Origin: the human T2T-CHM13v2.0 reference genome, Homo sapiens
Strand: one strand, 5' to 3'
Assembly (NCBI RefSeq): GCF_009914755.1
Contig: NC_060939.1
DNA: 64,000 nucleotides
Shown here: in pieces, positions 1-12,149 of the stretch
How positions within the stretch are numbered: the first letter of the stretch is position 1
Layout of the letters: each line of letters opens with the position of its first letter
The notes under the pieces: generated by a model
The model's input: the letters and a program-made list of their open reading frames with translations, nothing else
Database searches by the model: none
Told to the model about the DNA's origin: nothing
Made by a program: the position numbers and the translations under genes

Positions 1-329
1 CCAGGGGAGTCCACACATCTTCCCAGCCAGGGCCCACCCTGACCATCAGAAGGGTCACACATAATCCCATATGTGCCAGGGATCAGCCAAGCACTCACCC
101 TGGGATTGCCGGGCCATTTCAGAGGCTGGCACTGCCCTCTGGGGGTTTAAAGCCTATCTTGGGGCAAGAAGATGCCTGAGTTAAAAGATAATTAGCCTTA
201 CCTGGCAGCATTTACAGAGAGCTCTTCCCAAGGGAATGACTGAGGGCATCCAGTTCAGAGGAGCATGGCTTAGGCATTTTTCTGTGACAGATATGAGCCC
301 CAAAGGACAATCATTACAACGAACACTAT

Positions 330-490
330 GCCTCATAGCACTTGACCATACAAAGTGCTTTCACCTCCATTATTTCATGGGAGTCTCACAACAACCCCAC
401 AAGTTAGGTATTATTATTTTATTATTGTTAGTATTATTCCCTTTTTGCAGATGAAGAAACTGAGGCCTCAGCTGGGGGAGCAGAGAGGAA
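330..490 (-). mobile_element. MIR SINE fragment
   Basis: ctcacaacaaccccac...ccctttttgcagatgaagaaactgaggc is the reverse of the MIR core. Confidence 0.75.
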
Positions 491-2029
491 GTACAGGGAG
501 TCAAGACTGGGAGATGAGTGTTGGCGGGAAGAAGGGTGGACCCTGGAGAGTCCTGGGTCTCATTGCTTCCATTTTCCATGCCAGACAAGCCCATTCAGAC
601 TAAAGAGGCTGGGATGGGAAGCAGGAAAAAAGCCAAGACTTTCAGGAAGTAGACTCTGAGACCTGGTCCACCCCAGACCTACCAGGTCAAACACCCCCTT
701 TTCCAACAGAGAAGTCTGTCTCAACTCCATCCAGGGAAGAAAAAGCACAGAGGGAAGACAAGAGTTGGCTTATCCCAAGTCAGCTCTCTCTCAAAGGCTT
801 CCCCCTGCCCATTCCACCAGATGAGAGCATTCCGCCCAGCCACTTCAGATTTGCCATGCCCCAGAGTTGTTAAATGAAGGTGCTGGTGGCAGCCATCCCA
901 TCTGCAGGGGCTGGAGCCTTGGGGCATGCTCGGTGGCTCCTTGGCTCTGTGTAGCTTCTGCTCTCACAGCTGACCAGGGCTTAGAACTCAGAGGGGAGGG
1001 AGGGAGGAAATGACTGGGAAGGGCTCACTGGTCGATTTCGGCATCTCTGGCACCTGTTCGTTCAGGTGCTCATTTAGACTCCAGAGAAAGCGAGTGCTGT
1101 GCAGTTTCGTGGAACTTCCTTGGGAACTTGAGCCCACATTTATAATAGATTTATAAGAACAGTGTAGACATGTTTGCTGTTTTTTCAGCCCCTCCTAAGT
1201 GATGCCATTATGGCGGCCATAACTCTTATTTACTCCATCAGCAGGCTGCTGGCAACGGCACAAAAACAGATTTGGAGAATTTATCTCATACATGCATCAT
1301 GAGGAGGCAACAGAGGCGCACAGGTGAGATTTATGTGGGTAGGGGTGAGCATCCATCATCCCCACTTTCCCATTAACGCTGCTCCTCAAAGAGAGGCATT
1401 AGCCTTCTTAATCAGAGCAAAGTAATTGTTTAAACTTCCTCCCTGCAACGGGCTCATCACTCCTCATTGCTCTCCAGGTGGGGCTGTGCTGGGGGTGGGG
1501 GGCAAGGTGTTTGCTTTCAGAGAACAGCAGGATGGATGGTAAATGATGATGGTGAGATGATGGCCCAGCCGTCCTTGTTACTTCCCCTGTTACTCTGGTA
1601 TGGGCCACAGTCAAGGAGCTCCACAGAAGGGATGCCTGGGTGTTTGGGAAGAGGTCTGTTTGTTTTATGACTTGAAAGAGCTCTCAAAAGCACATAGAGG
1701 TTCTTGTCTCCAAATTCACCAGCCTCAATCCTGATCCACATCCTGGGCTGCGCTGTGACTCCATTTCAACTTGAAACGACTTTTCCCCTGTCTATTCCAG
1801 GCCTGCCTGTTCTTCAAAGCCCAGATCAAATCATGCCTCCTTCTCGATGCTTTCCCCAACTGCTAGCAGAGAGGGCTAGGAGAAGCTACTCTAAGCCGAG
1901 AGAAAGATGATAATGGGCCAACTCCCGAAACTACCATCATCCAGGCCTCCCCTCAGTGGCTGTGAGGCTGCACTAGGGGGCTTCTAGGAACCTTCTGAGG
2001 CCCTCCCATCTTTGAACAACTAAACCATG

Positions 2030-2200
2030 TTAGAAGGTTCTCAACTCTGGCTACGTATTGAAATTCCCAGGGAGCTTTTAAAAAATACCAAAGCTTAGCC
2101 CCACCCTTGACCAAAGAAATTAGAATCTCTGGCGAATTGGGCATCAGTATTTTTAATGCCCAGGTGCTTCTAATATGCAGCCAGAGTGGGAAGAATCAAC
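2030..2200. mobile_element. MER5-type (MER5B-like) hAT-Charlie MITE
   Basis: ggttctcaactctggct...agaatctctgg...ccaggtgcttctaatatgcagccag. Confidence 0.75.
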
Positions 2201-2246
2201 TTAGGATCTTGATGACCCAGTTTATAATGACTATGGTAAATGCCAA

Positions 2247-2400
2247 ATGGATGGATGCATGGGTTGATGGGCAGATGAATGGACAAGTGGACAGGTACAT
2301 GGATGGATGGATGGATGGATGCATGAGTGGCAGGGTGGATGGGTAGGTTGGTGGGTGAATGGGTGGGTGGGCCAGTGAATGTATGGATAATAAATGGATA
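2247..2400 (+). repeat. degenerate (TGGA)n / (TGGG)n simple repeat
   Basis: atggatggatgc...atggatggatggatggatggatgc...gggtgggtgg. Confidence 0.9.
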
Positions 2401-2958
2401 CTTCCTTGTAATTGTTCACTACTTTCACTGGATTAACTTTGCCTTCTCATTGAGCTTCCTTAAGGCAATGATTTTTCATATCCTTTGTGTTTTCCACAAT
2501 GCTTAGCATAGAGCCAGATATAAGTATGCGAAGGAGTACTAACATCCTTGCCTGTTAAAAACACTAGACGAGGAGATGGGGACTTAAATATTACATCTTC
2601 ATTGATTGTGACTTTAGTTCAATTAACCTGCTTTAGATTTCTCATGCTGTTAGTAACAACATGGCAGGGTCAAGTGGCTCAGATAATTTTGAAATGTAGT
2701 ATACATAGGGGAATGGGGTTATCATTATTATCATTATCATTATTTAGTTCCCCAACCCAACAGCAGTTTTCCCAATCTCCCTTACATTGCTGGTAATCAG
2801 CAGCCATCCTGCCTTCTGTGATGTTTTAGTTGCCACCCTCAGGGCCCAGACCCCTGCTCATGGAGACATGGCCCAGACACTCTGGGAACCCTTGAAACCT
2901 AACACTAATCCTCTCCATTCCCAGCCAGGGCCAGGACTCAGCTCCCCCTCCCCTGGCA

Positions 2959-2961
<3 letters not shown>

Positions 2962-2993
<32 letters not shown>

Positions 2994-3269
2994 AGACAAG
3001 GTCTCACTCTGTTGCTCAGGCTGGAGTGCAGTGGTGTGATCATGGTTCACTGCAGCCTCAACCTCCCTGGGCTCAGGTGATCCTCCTACCTTAGCCTCCC
3101 AAATAGCTGGGACTACAGGCATGCACCACCATGCCTGGCTAATTTTTGTAGAGTCAGGGTTTTGCCATGTTGCCCAGGCTGTTGGTCTTGAACTCCTGAG
3201 CTCAAGCAATCTGCCCAGCTCAGCCTCCCAAAGTGCTGGGATTATAGATTTGAGCCACCATGCCCGGCC
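2962..3269 (-). mobile_element. AluJ SINE, full length
   Basis: poly-T then gagacaaggtctcactctgttgctcaggctgg...gagccaccatgcccggcc; J-type ctgggctcaggtgatcctcc; degenerate TSD tccctg(gca/acc)cc. Confidence 0.95.
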
Positions 3270-3514
3270 TCCCTGACCCCTTTGATCTCCACTGGAGGCC
3301 TTAGCCTTTCTTTTGCCAGTTCTCCCCTCCTGGCTGGCATCCTTGCCCTCTTGGGTCCCCAGTTCCCAGCTCTGCTCAGTTCCCTGAAGCCTTCCTGGCA
3401 GGGCTGCCTGGCCCAGCCCCTGTCTCCTAAGTGCCTGCCTGGTTGCGTTGATGCAGCAGCTCCTAGCCAGCTGCTCTCCACTGGCTGGCAGTCCACCCTG
3501 TACTCTAGCCAACC

Positions 3515-3800
3515 ATGTGAAACACAAAAGCGATCAGGTCCCCTCTTGGTTTAAAATTCTCTGCAGGCTCCTCCATGAGGGCCTCTCACAGCCTGATCCT
3601 AACAGGTCCCTCCAGGGTCAACTCCAGCCCCTCATCTCCACCTGCCCCCACAGACTCTCCAACATTCCCAGACTACCTGGGCCCTTTCCCAACTCCTGGC
3701 CTTTGAATGTGCTGCTCCCACTGCCTAGAATGTCCCTTCCCCACTCTGGCTTCTTCACTTGGCAAACTCTAACTCGGTCTTTAAAAATCACCTCCAGGGG
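3515..3800 (+). mobile_element. L2 LINE fragment
   Basis: ggcctttgaatgtgctgctcccactgcctagaatgtcccttcc...cacttggcaaactc, typical of the L2 3' region. Confidence 0.65.
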
Positions 3801-4059
3801 TGTCTGGATGAAGATTTCCTCCATTGGCCTGGGCAGAGTGAGCGGCCTGGAAAATGGAGTGAGCACACATGTTGAACACTTGGGCTGCAGAGGTATTCTT
3901 TTAAAAGTATCACAAGAAAGGCCAGATAATGGAATTAGGGCCTTACTCTACTATATAAAGTCTTCATTTTAAACACACAGTCATTGAGAGGTGCTCTTAA
4001 ATAGGGAACTACCTTGGGAAATTTGATGCAGTCCTCAAACTTGAGGAAAAGGCAGGGTT

Positions 4060-4165
4060 ATGAGGGTGGTAAAGGGAAGATTAAAGGTGGAAACGAAGGA
4101 AAGAGAGGGAGGGATAGTAAAGAGAAGAGAAAAGGATGAAATACAAAAGGGAAGAAGGGAATAGT
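4060..4165 (+). repeat. GA-rich low-complexity tract
   Basis: purine-dominated run aaagggaaga...aagagaggga...gaagaaggga. Confidence 0.6.
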
Positions 4166-5244
4166 CCAGAAAGTATATGTCTACATCTCAAGATTATAAA
4201 AGAGGCTATTCTCTAGAAGCCGGCAGTAAATTAGATGCTATTATTGGTGTAGACATGGAATCTGGAAAAGTGAGTACAGACTTAGAATCTGGGTGACTGG
4301 GTAGCCATCCCTCCTGTATTGAACCACACAAGAAAGACTAACCAAGTTAGCTCTTGATAAAATACACCCACAATTCCACCGGCAAGTGCTCACTGCCCTT
4401 AGACAAGATTCGTGGTCAAACTGTACCGGTTTAGCTCTGATAAGGCTGCACACTACTGAACCTTTAGATTATTTTACGAGATGTAATGCATAAATACTCT
4501 GGGCCATTGGCACTAAGGATTCAGTAAAACTATCGAGATTCGTAGGCCCAGGATAAAGCTCATATAAAGTTCGTGTTCTTTAGCTAATGCAGCTTTCAAT
4601 TATGCTCACCCATTTTACACTGTAAAAGATGTAATTTAATCAAACATTTAATTTGCAAGTGTTTTTCTTCGTAAATGTCATGTACAAGGAGATATTCAGA
4701 CGTGATCCACAACATAATTGCACGAGGGTGCCTCGTTCGGTAGCGTGTGTTTGTGCTGGTGTGTCAGAATCGGGGGGACAGAAACAGCCTCTTTGGTTCT
4801 ATGTATTTCTTTTCTCATTTCAGAGCATAGAGCATTTGGAAAACAAACCAGCTGCTATTTATAATGTTTGGTAACATTCGGGACTCAACACAGTTTTCAC
4901 GTAAAGATCTTGCCTGTGACACAAGCTCTGTGATTCAAGAACCAAGTAAATGGAAGGGACCAACTTGTTGTTCAGTTACTAGTTATTAAATCACAATGGT
5001 GGGAAGCCTCACGCGGCCGCACTGCTTAGGTTTTACATACAGAACAACCTCAACATGATTCGGGAGGCTCTGCAGTTGAGGGGTGGTGGTGGTTTCCATC
5101 TCTCTCGTAGAGACTGGCCAGGATAAAAAAGAAGCCCCGAATTCCAGAGTCAGGAGAATGGGCTTTCTGACCATTAGTATGACACTGGATGGAAGGCTTC
5201 GGGAAAGCATGGAGGCAAATGGCTCTGGTAGGGTGATCCAGGCC

Positions 5245-5420
5245 CTTAGTAATTGAAATATGGTCCTAAACCAGCAGCAGCAGCACCATATGTGAGCGTG
5301 TTAGAAATGCAGAGTGTCAGGCTCCACATTTCACCCCCTTCCCCAGCTACTATTGGGAATCTGTACTTTAACGAGGCTCCCAGGTGACTGATGGGTGCAT
5401 TCCAGTGGGAGAAGTGCTGG
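5245..5420. mobile_element. MER5A1-like hAT-Charlie MITE
   Basis: tggtcctaaaccagcagcagc...gttagaaatgcaga...cccaggtga...gagaagtgctg. Confidence 0.75.
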
Positions 5421-5554
5421 TCTAGTTAATGCCTTACCCAATCCTTCCAATCACTGGAAGCATCTGACCCATTTGATTTCTTGCTGTTCTGGGCCTGGAG
5501 AGAAGAGGGAGGGGCTGTAGAGGGGGCAGGGTGTGGGGTGGTAAAAAGGAGCAG

Positions 5555-5705
5555 GACTTAACCTTCTGAGCCTCATTTTACCCTTGTAAAACAGGAGATC
5601 AAAATAGGAGCCCCAGTCAGCATTGTTGTGAGGATTATAAACAAGATAATGTAGATATAGTGCTCAGCCCTGCACCTGATATAGTAGGTACTTAATAGCT
5701 ATTGA
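5555..5705 (+). mobile_element. MIR SINE fragment
   Basis: acttaaccttctgagcctca...gtaaaacagg...ttgttgtgaggatta. Confidence 0.75.
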
Positions 5706-5964
5706 TTCCCTACCCACATGAGCCCGACATGTGGACAGTCATGCAAGCAAGAACCTTAGCCTGCCCCCGATCTTCAGCATTGGGCCTACAACTCGTAATT
5801 CAGGCAAGGACATCTTCGTCTTTTGAGAAGAAAGGAAACAAAAGCCAGAGAAGAATGCAGGGCCCTCTCAGTGGTATGAGGCTATAAGCACAAATAACAT
5901 AGAAAGGTAAGCTCAACAATGAGACCTCACCTACCCAGAAGGGGATAGAGTGAAGAACTGGTCT

Positions 5965-6107
5965 AGCCCTTAGGAGGCTGGAGCTCAAGACTTGACTCAG
6001 CCAGGAACTTGCTGTGTGACCTTGGGCCTCAGTTTCCCCCACTGGGAAACTGACAGCGTCGGATTCATCACCTCCAAGGTCCCCCCTCACCCTGTCATTC
6101 TCTGATT
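5965..6107 (+). mobile_element. MIR3-like SINE
   Basis: acttgctgtgtgaccttgggcctcagtttcccc...ctccaaggtccc...attctctgatt. Confidence 0.7.
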
Positions 6108-6129
6108 TTGCTTAGGGATGCCAGGAGCA

Positions 6130-7680
6130 GCTTTCGCCAAGCTGCATGTGGACTTTTCTCACTGGGAAAATTAATTCAGTCCTCAATGTTGCAGTCTATA
6201 AATTACTGGCCAATCTGTTTCAGAAATATTAAAGGAGCATTTATAAATTGCCCCTTCCATTCAATGCTGCAAAATAAAGATTTTGGGCCCTTCAGATGTT
6301 TATCTTACTTAAAACCACAGCAGGAATCAATCTCCCCCAGCCTTCATGGGAGAGAACATCATTTCAGGGGGTGGTGGGGAGGATGTGTCAGGCTGACTCT
6401 CCCCTCCCATTCCCCCAACTCCCTGCTCCTGAGAATTCACATTCCAAAATTCAAACTGGAGGCTTTCGGTGAAGCAAAACGAGGGTAGGGCGTCGGGGAG
6501 GTTGGCTGGTGGCAGGCAGCTTGGGCTGGGAAGATTCCCCTGAGCAGCGCTTGAAGGGCAGAGGGCAGTGGTGCTGGCTCAGAGACCCTAAGATCAGGGC
6601 TGAAGAAGTTAAGCTGTCTTTTGTAGTAATTGATTTTGACAGTGTAACAAGTTAATTCGTCACTGTTTTGCAACTTCCTTGAGAATGCATTGGTAAGCAG
6701 CATCCCGCAGGATACCTTGTAATCACTTGTAAACTCAAATTAGGTCTCCCAGTTAAATATTGTTGATATCAGGTAGAGCTGGGCTGCTACAATGACTACA
6801 AATGTGCTGATTTCACCTTTTCTATTACGTCAAGGACATGTTCTGGCTAAAAGTGATGCAAGCAGATGAAGGCTGTTATAGGCACCTAATTAGGGTCATC
6901 ATACTAACTGGAAATACCTTTATAGGAGGGGTGGAAAGGTGGACCAGGTCCCCTACCCTTTAAATACACACTTATTCTCCTATTATTATGATTATGTTTA
7001 GGCTCACTGACATTTCCTCATAAAAAAGGAAACAAACTAGGATTCAAAAGATCTGTTCAGGGCCCAGCTCTTAAGTAGAATTAATACCTGAACGAAAACC
7101 CCCTTTCAGCAGGGTCTTCTCAATACTTTATTGTAATAGTTTATCAGGAACAGTTATTTTAATGCCAGGCCATAAAGATGAAATCAAGCAGTAGCTTTAT
7201 TTCCCAGGAGTTAACTATTAATTGCCACACAAAAAGAATTTAGAAATGACATGGGGAACAAATATTCCAGCTTCCTGCAAAGTGAAAAGAATTCTTTAAT
7301 ATTAGCATCTCCACAATAGGGTGCACACTGAGGCTTAATTAAAATGCACAATTGTTCTCTGATGTTTTTTATTCTTGGTGGTTTCAATGAGATGGGCTCA
7401 CAGATGGAAGCCGGGGCCATATCCCTGCAAGATGGGCTGACAGCTCTTGATAAAGCACCACCTCTCAGCCATATAACAGGGCAACGGCAGTAAATGGATA
7501 ATATCAGAATACAGGCTGTGCGGAAGGCAAATGCAACTTTACCTAAGAGCCTTAAAATGTTTTAACTACCATTTCCATCAAGCCTGGAAGTTTGAAATGC
7601 GGCACTAACACACTTCTTCAAGAAGCTGTTTTCTTTCCACCCCCAGAACTAATAAATCCAAAAGGCCTACTTAGGCTAAG
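6130..7680. promoter_or_regulatory. candidate conserved non-coding/enhancer block
   Basis: about 1.5 kb with no recognisable repeat, AT-shifted, containing TAATTG, TGACAG, CCTAATTAGG, TTAATTAA and GCCATAAA. Confidence 0.45.
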
Positions 7681-9779
7681 ACAAGCCAGGAGCTGAGGAG
7701 GCAGTTTCAGGAGCTGTTAATAACATCTCTCCAAGGGGTTGAGAGACAGCTTTGGGCTGGGCCCCGGAGCACCCCAATACAGTCAGGCAGAGACAGATCT
7801 GGGGAACAGGTTTCAGGGCTGAGGCATCCCAGTTATGTACTTCCCCCAGATTCCCCCTCCACAGGTCTAGAGGCTCTGAGGAAGGGATAAAGTTGCCTCT
7901 GGGTGCCTCAGTCATTCTCTCTCTGTAGGGAGGCATCAGGGGTCACTTCATGCTATCCTCCCTCTTCGGGGTGGCCCTATTCCAGTGCATCCTGCTCCCT
8001 ACCAGGAAGGAGGAGGAGGAGGTGGTGATGCCTCCTTTGATGACATGCAATGCTGTTATTTAGCTGATACACTTTGAGATGTCTGTCCCAGTCATGAAAA
8101 TCCTGAAATATCTCCATATTAGCTGATAAAGAACCATTTCCCCAAGCCCTGTAGTGCCCTGAGTCTCCCCATTACCCCAGACCACCTCAGCCCCTTCACT
8201 GGGACCTCCCCATCCAGGACTCCCAACCACTCGGCAATTAAAGGGTTGATCCTTCCCCTGCTAGGAGTCTGGGGGTGAGTAGGTCAGGGCCCCGTCATCA
8301 AACCCCAGTGACTGTTGAATATTTGGAACATCCCCCCTAGTTACCCTGGAGGAGCCTGCTCCAGATTTGGCTCCATTTAGAAACCATTGCTCTAACCTTA
8401 ACTCACATGGAGGACCAATGGGAGGGTGTGGCTTGGTGGCACAGCCGGGGAGAACCCAGCCCAGAGCTGTTCCCTCCCCCGCGCCATCCTCACCACGAGG
8501 AAGTTCTCCACTAGCTCTAACCTAAGTCTTTGTTGCACTTTCTCTGGCTCAGTCCTGCCAGGCTCATTAGAGCCCCGCTACCCCTTCTCCCAGCCCATAG
8601 CATTCCTGCAGAAGAGGAAAGGCGCCCTGCTCAGCAGGTCCTCATTCGGCTAATTGGGTTTTAATGGTCCTAGGCAGAGGAACAGGGGCTCATCGGCTGC
8701 CATATTTGCCCCACAGTCCAAGTGGGGATGTCAGGAAAAGTGGGGTGTGTGGCTTAATGAGCAACACCTGCAGCCCTCATTACCCATGTGCTTTTGACTC
8801 AGCGAAACTCCCAGCCCTCCCGCCCCTGCCCAGTCCCAGAGACCCCCCACAGCGCTAGCCAACCAGTTGCCCCGGGTTCTTAAATTCAGAGAAATATGAA
8901 CTGTGCTGGCTGAGGAGTGGAGAGGGTGAGCAGAGGGAGAGATCCAGTGATCCCCATTTGTCAGGGCCAGAAGAGGCCCAGAACGTCCCAGAACCCCAGG
9001 GACTCCCCTGCCCACTCTACCTACGGTAGAACTGCTCCTTCTAGAAGAAGCCCGGCTCCCAGGCAGGGAGCTAACATGCTGATTTATTTACCTAATTATA
9101 GTAAAACAAACAAGCTGGAAACTAAGGCAAATCTGCTATCTTGCTCGAAAAACAACCACACCTCCTTGGCCAGGGTTCCTGGGAAGGTTGGGCAGCACAG
9201 AAGGACAGGGAAGTGTCTGAGGGGGAACCTGGGAAGGGACAGGTCAGGCAGTGGGTGGGGGAGCATTAGGATTGTGGGATGGGGGCAGGCGGGGAACCAA
9301 GGGACAAGAGAGACAGAGGGATGGACAGCAGAGGGATGAAGGATGGGGCAACAAAGAGATGAGGGACTAGGAGATGGGGCCCGGGACAGGAGATACTGTG
9401 AAAGGGGAGTGGGGTTGACGGCTAAGGAGTCAGAGGGATGGGGATGGAGGGGGAAAGAGAAGGCAGGGAGGTGGAGGACAGAGAGACAGAGACACGGCAA
9501 AAGCTGCCCCAGAAGTGGTGGCAGAAGGAAGAGATGGAGCAAGCACCAAAGCCTCAGGTCAGAAAATCCAAATCCAATAAAATCCCAAACTCCTTTCCAT
9601 GCCCTTGAGACCCCCAAGCCAAACACAGTCTCTCCCCTTGCAGAACTAGCTCAGTACCCAGCTACTGCTGCTCTAAGCTGCTGCCCACCATTGAATGACA
9701 CTGCACGCTCCATCCAGCCTCCACGCCTTTGCGCAGAAGCCTCCGAGGGATGTAGCCTTCTCCTCTCTGCAGTACCTGT

Positions 9780-10045
9780 TGGAACTGTCTTCCTCCTTCA
9801 TCCATGTCAAAGGCCACATCCTCTGTGAAGTGTACCCTCCAGGCAAATGACCCTCTGTCCTCTGGGACCCCCCAAGGCACTTGGCCCCCCCGCCATGGCT
9901 TCAGCCTTGGATGTTGGTTAACCTGGTGTGTCTGTCCCTCTCTCTAGACTGTGAGCTCCTGAGGAGAGACCACATCTGTTCATCCCGTGTCCTCGCAGCA
10001 CCTACAGCACTAAGTGAGCAGGAAAGATCTGTGCAGTTGAACTGA
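9780..10045 (+). mobile_element. L2 LINE 3' end
   Basis: ctagactgtgagctcctgaggagagacc...gttgaactga. Confidence 0.7.
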
Positions 10046-10876
10046 TTGTGGACAGAGATCTAGGAATATGAGAGGAAAACTGACAACAGATGTGAGGATA
10101 TGACAGTCTAAAGGGACGGAAACAGAGACCCTCATGAGGCCTAGCCTCTGTGGCTTGAAGCAGTCTGGGCAAACCCACCTGCTGTGCCCAGGACCCATGG
10201 CGTTGGCTCCTAGCCCTCCTGAGGACGCCTAGGGCTGGAATGGGGACTGGAGGGGCAGGGATTCCCCAGCTAGGGCCAGGGTAGCAGTGAAGATGGGGAG
10301 CCCAGTTAGGAGGAGGAGCTGGTTACAGAGACCTGGGCCTCAGGAAGGATTAAAACAATGTGACTCCCAGGCGCCTCACTGAAACGTGGTGACTGAAGGC
10401 TGTCACCTCAAAACCTGGGGACCTTTTGGATCAGGGCCAAGGGGTAAGTCCCGACTCTGATCAGAGGACCAGGGAGAGTGGAGCTGCCCCACCCTGACTT
10501 CACAGAGCAGGGGCTGAGGCCCAGGGAGTGCAGGCAGTCCAGGGAGTTACTGCAGGCCGTCCCAGGCATTCTGGCCAGGGCAGTTTTCCCACCTCACTGT
10601 CCCATTCTCCTAACATGGGGCTGGAAAGGCTTGACCCCCACACGTCAGCCTTAGCCTCCTTTACTTGTTCACTTCCATTTCTCTTGAGTGTGGGGCATGG
10701 CTCCAGGCATGGGGAGATGCTGGAGGAGGCAAGAGGAGGCCCCACAGCTGGCTGACAGCTACAGCAGAGACAGAAGGCAAACTCATGACCTACTCAATAA
10801 GATGATCACAGATTGTCATCAACGTCTGGCTGGTGAGTAGGGGCACAGTGCCTAGGGTAGGGGGTGCTAGAACCTC

Positions 10877-11309
10877 TTTTTTTGAGCCTTTTTTTTTTTT
10901 TTTGAGGCAGGGTCTTGCTCTGTCACCCAGGCTGGGGTGCAGTGGTACAATCATAGCTCACTGTGGCCTCAAATTTCTGGGCTCAAAAAATCCTCCCGCT
11001 TTGGCCTCCCAAGTAACTGGGACTATGGGCATGCACCAGCACACCCAGCTAATTTTTTAATTGTTTTGTAGAAACAGGGTCTCCCTATGTGGCCCAGGTT
11101 GATAATCAAACTCCTGGGCTCAAGTGATCCTCCTGCTTCAGCTTAAGTAGCTGGTACTATAGGTGCACACCACCACACTTGGCTAATTTAAAATTTTTTT
11201 GTAGAGACAGTCTTGCCCAGGCTGGTCTTGAACTTCTAGGCTCAAGTGATGCTCCTGCCTTGGCCTCCCAAAAGTGCTGGGATTACAGGTGTGAGCCACT
11301 GAGCTGGCT
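10877..11309 (-). mobile_element. AluJ-derived three-monomer element
   Basis: two A-rich linkers (near 11050-11070 and 11182-11203) separate three Alu monomers; flanks share cctctttt. Confidence 0.9.
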
Positions 11310-11449
11310 TGCAGCCTCTTTTTGGTCAGGTGATCTGGGAAGGCCTCTCTGGGAAGGTGACATCTGATATATGAGCAATCAAATGTCACCTCTGCAAAGA
11401 GCAGGAGGAAGCTCTTTCCAGGCACAGAGAGCAGCAAGCAAAGGCCCAC

Positions 11450-11992
11450 AGGCTAGGGTGGCCCCCATGTTTGTCCCCTCCCATCTTGAGTATGGGCTGA
11501 ACTTATAACTTGTTTCTAACTAATAGAATATGGCAAAGATGATGGGCTGTCCCATGTTAGGATATGAGGAAAGCTTTATTTTGCTAGCATGCACTAGAAA
11601 GACTTTTGTCCCTTACTAGCTAGAAGTTGCCACGTTGTAAAAGGCCAGTGGAGATGGCCACATGGCAGAGAACTGTGGGCAGCCTCTAGGAGTTGAGTGT
11701 AGCTCCTGACTGACAGCCTGCAGGAGGATGGGGCCCCAGTCTTATGGCTACAGTGAGATAAATTCTGCCAACAACCAGAGGGACCTTGGAAACAGATCTT
11801 CCCCAGTCAATCCTCTGATGAGACTGCAGCCCACCGACACCTTGGTTGTAACCTTGTGAGACACTGAGCAGAGGAGCCAGTTAAGCTGTGCCCAAACTCC
11901 TGACCCACAGAAATTATGAGATAATAAATGTGGGTATTTTATGCTACTAAATATGTGGGAGGTCTTTCTACAGCAATAGAAAGCTAATAAGG
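11450..11992 (+). mobile_element. MLT1 (ERVL-MaLR) solo LTR, MLT1E/F/G-like
   Basis: cccacatggcagagaactgtgggcagcctctaggag...aattctgccaacaacc...cctgacccacagaaattatgagataataaa...cagcaatagaaagctaata. Confidence 0.85.
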
Positions 11993-12149
11993 TGACATAG
12001 TGAGCTTTGTAGATATTTGGGGGAAGACAATAATTGCAGGTAGAAGACACAGCCAGTGCCAAAGGCCCTAAGGCAGGAAAGGAACCCTATGGAGGTCAGC
12101 ATAGCTGGAGCAGGTGTGCAAGGGAGCAATTATAGGAGATGAGGTTGAG

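Noticed and set aside
2826-3527. 233-aa minus-strand ORF
   Set aside because: It runs through the AluJ and its poly-A (poly-Lys); an Alu-derived translation with no domain.
8240-8395. possible hAT-Charlie MITE ending tttagaaaccattg
   Set aside because: Only one plausible terminus, and the family is not recognisable.
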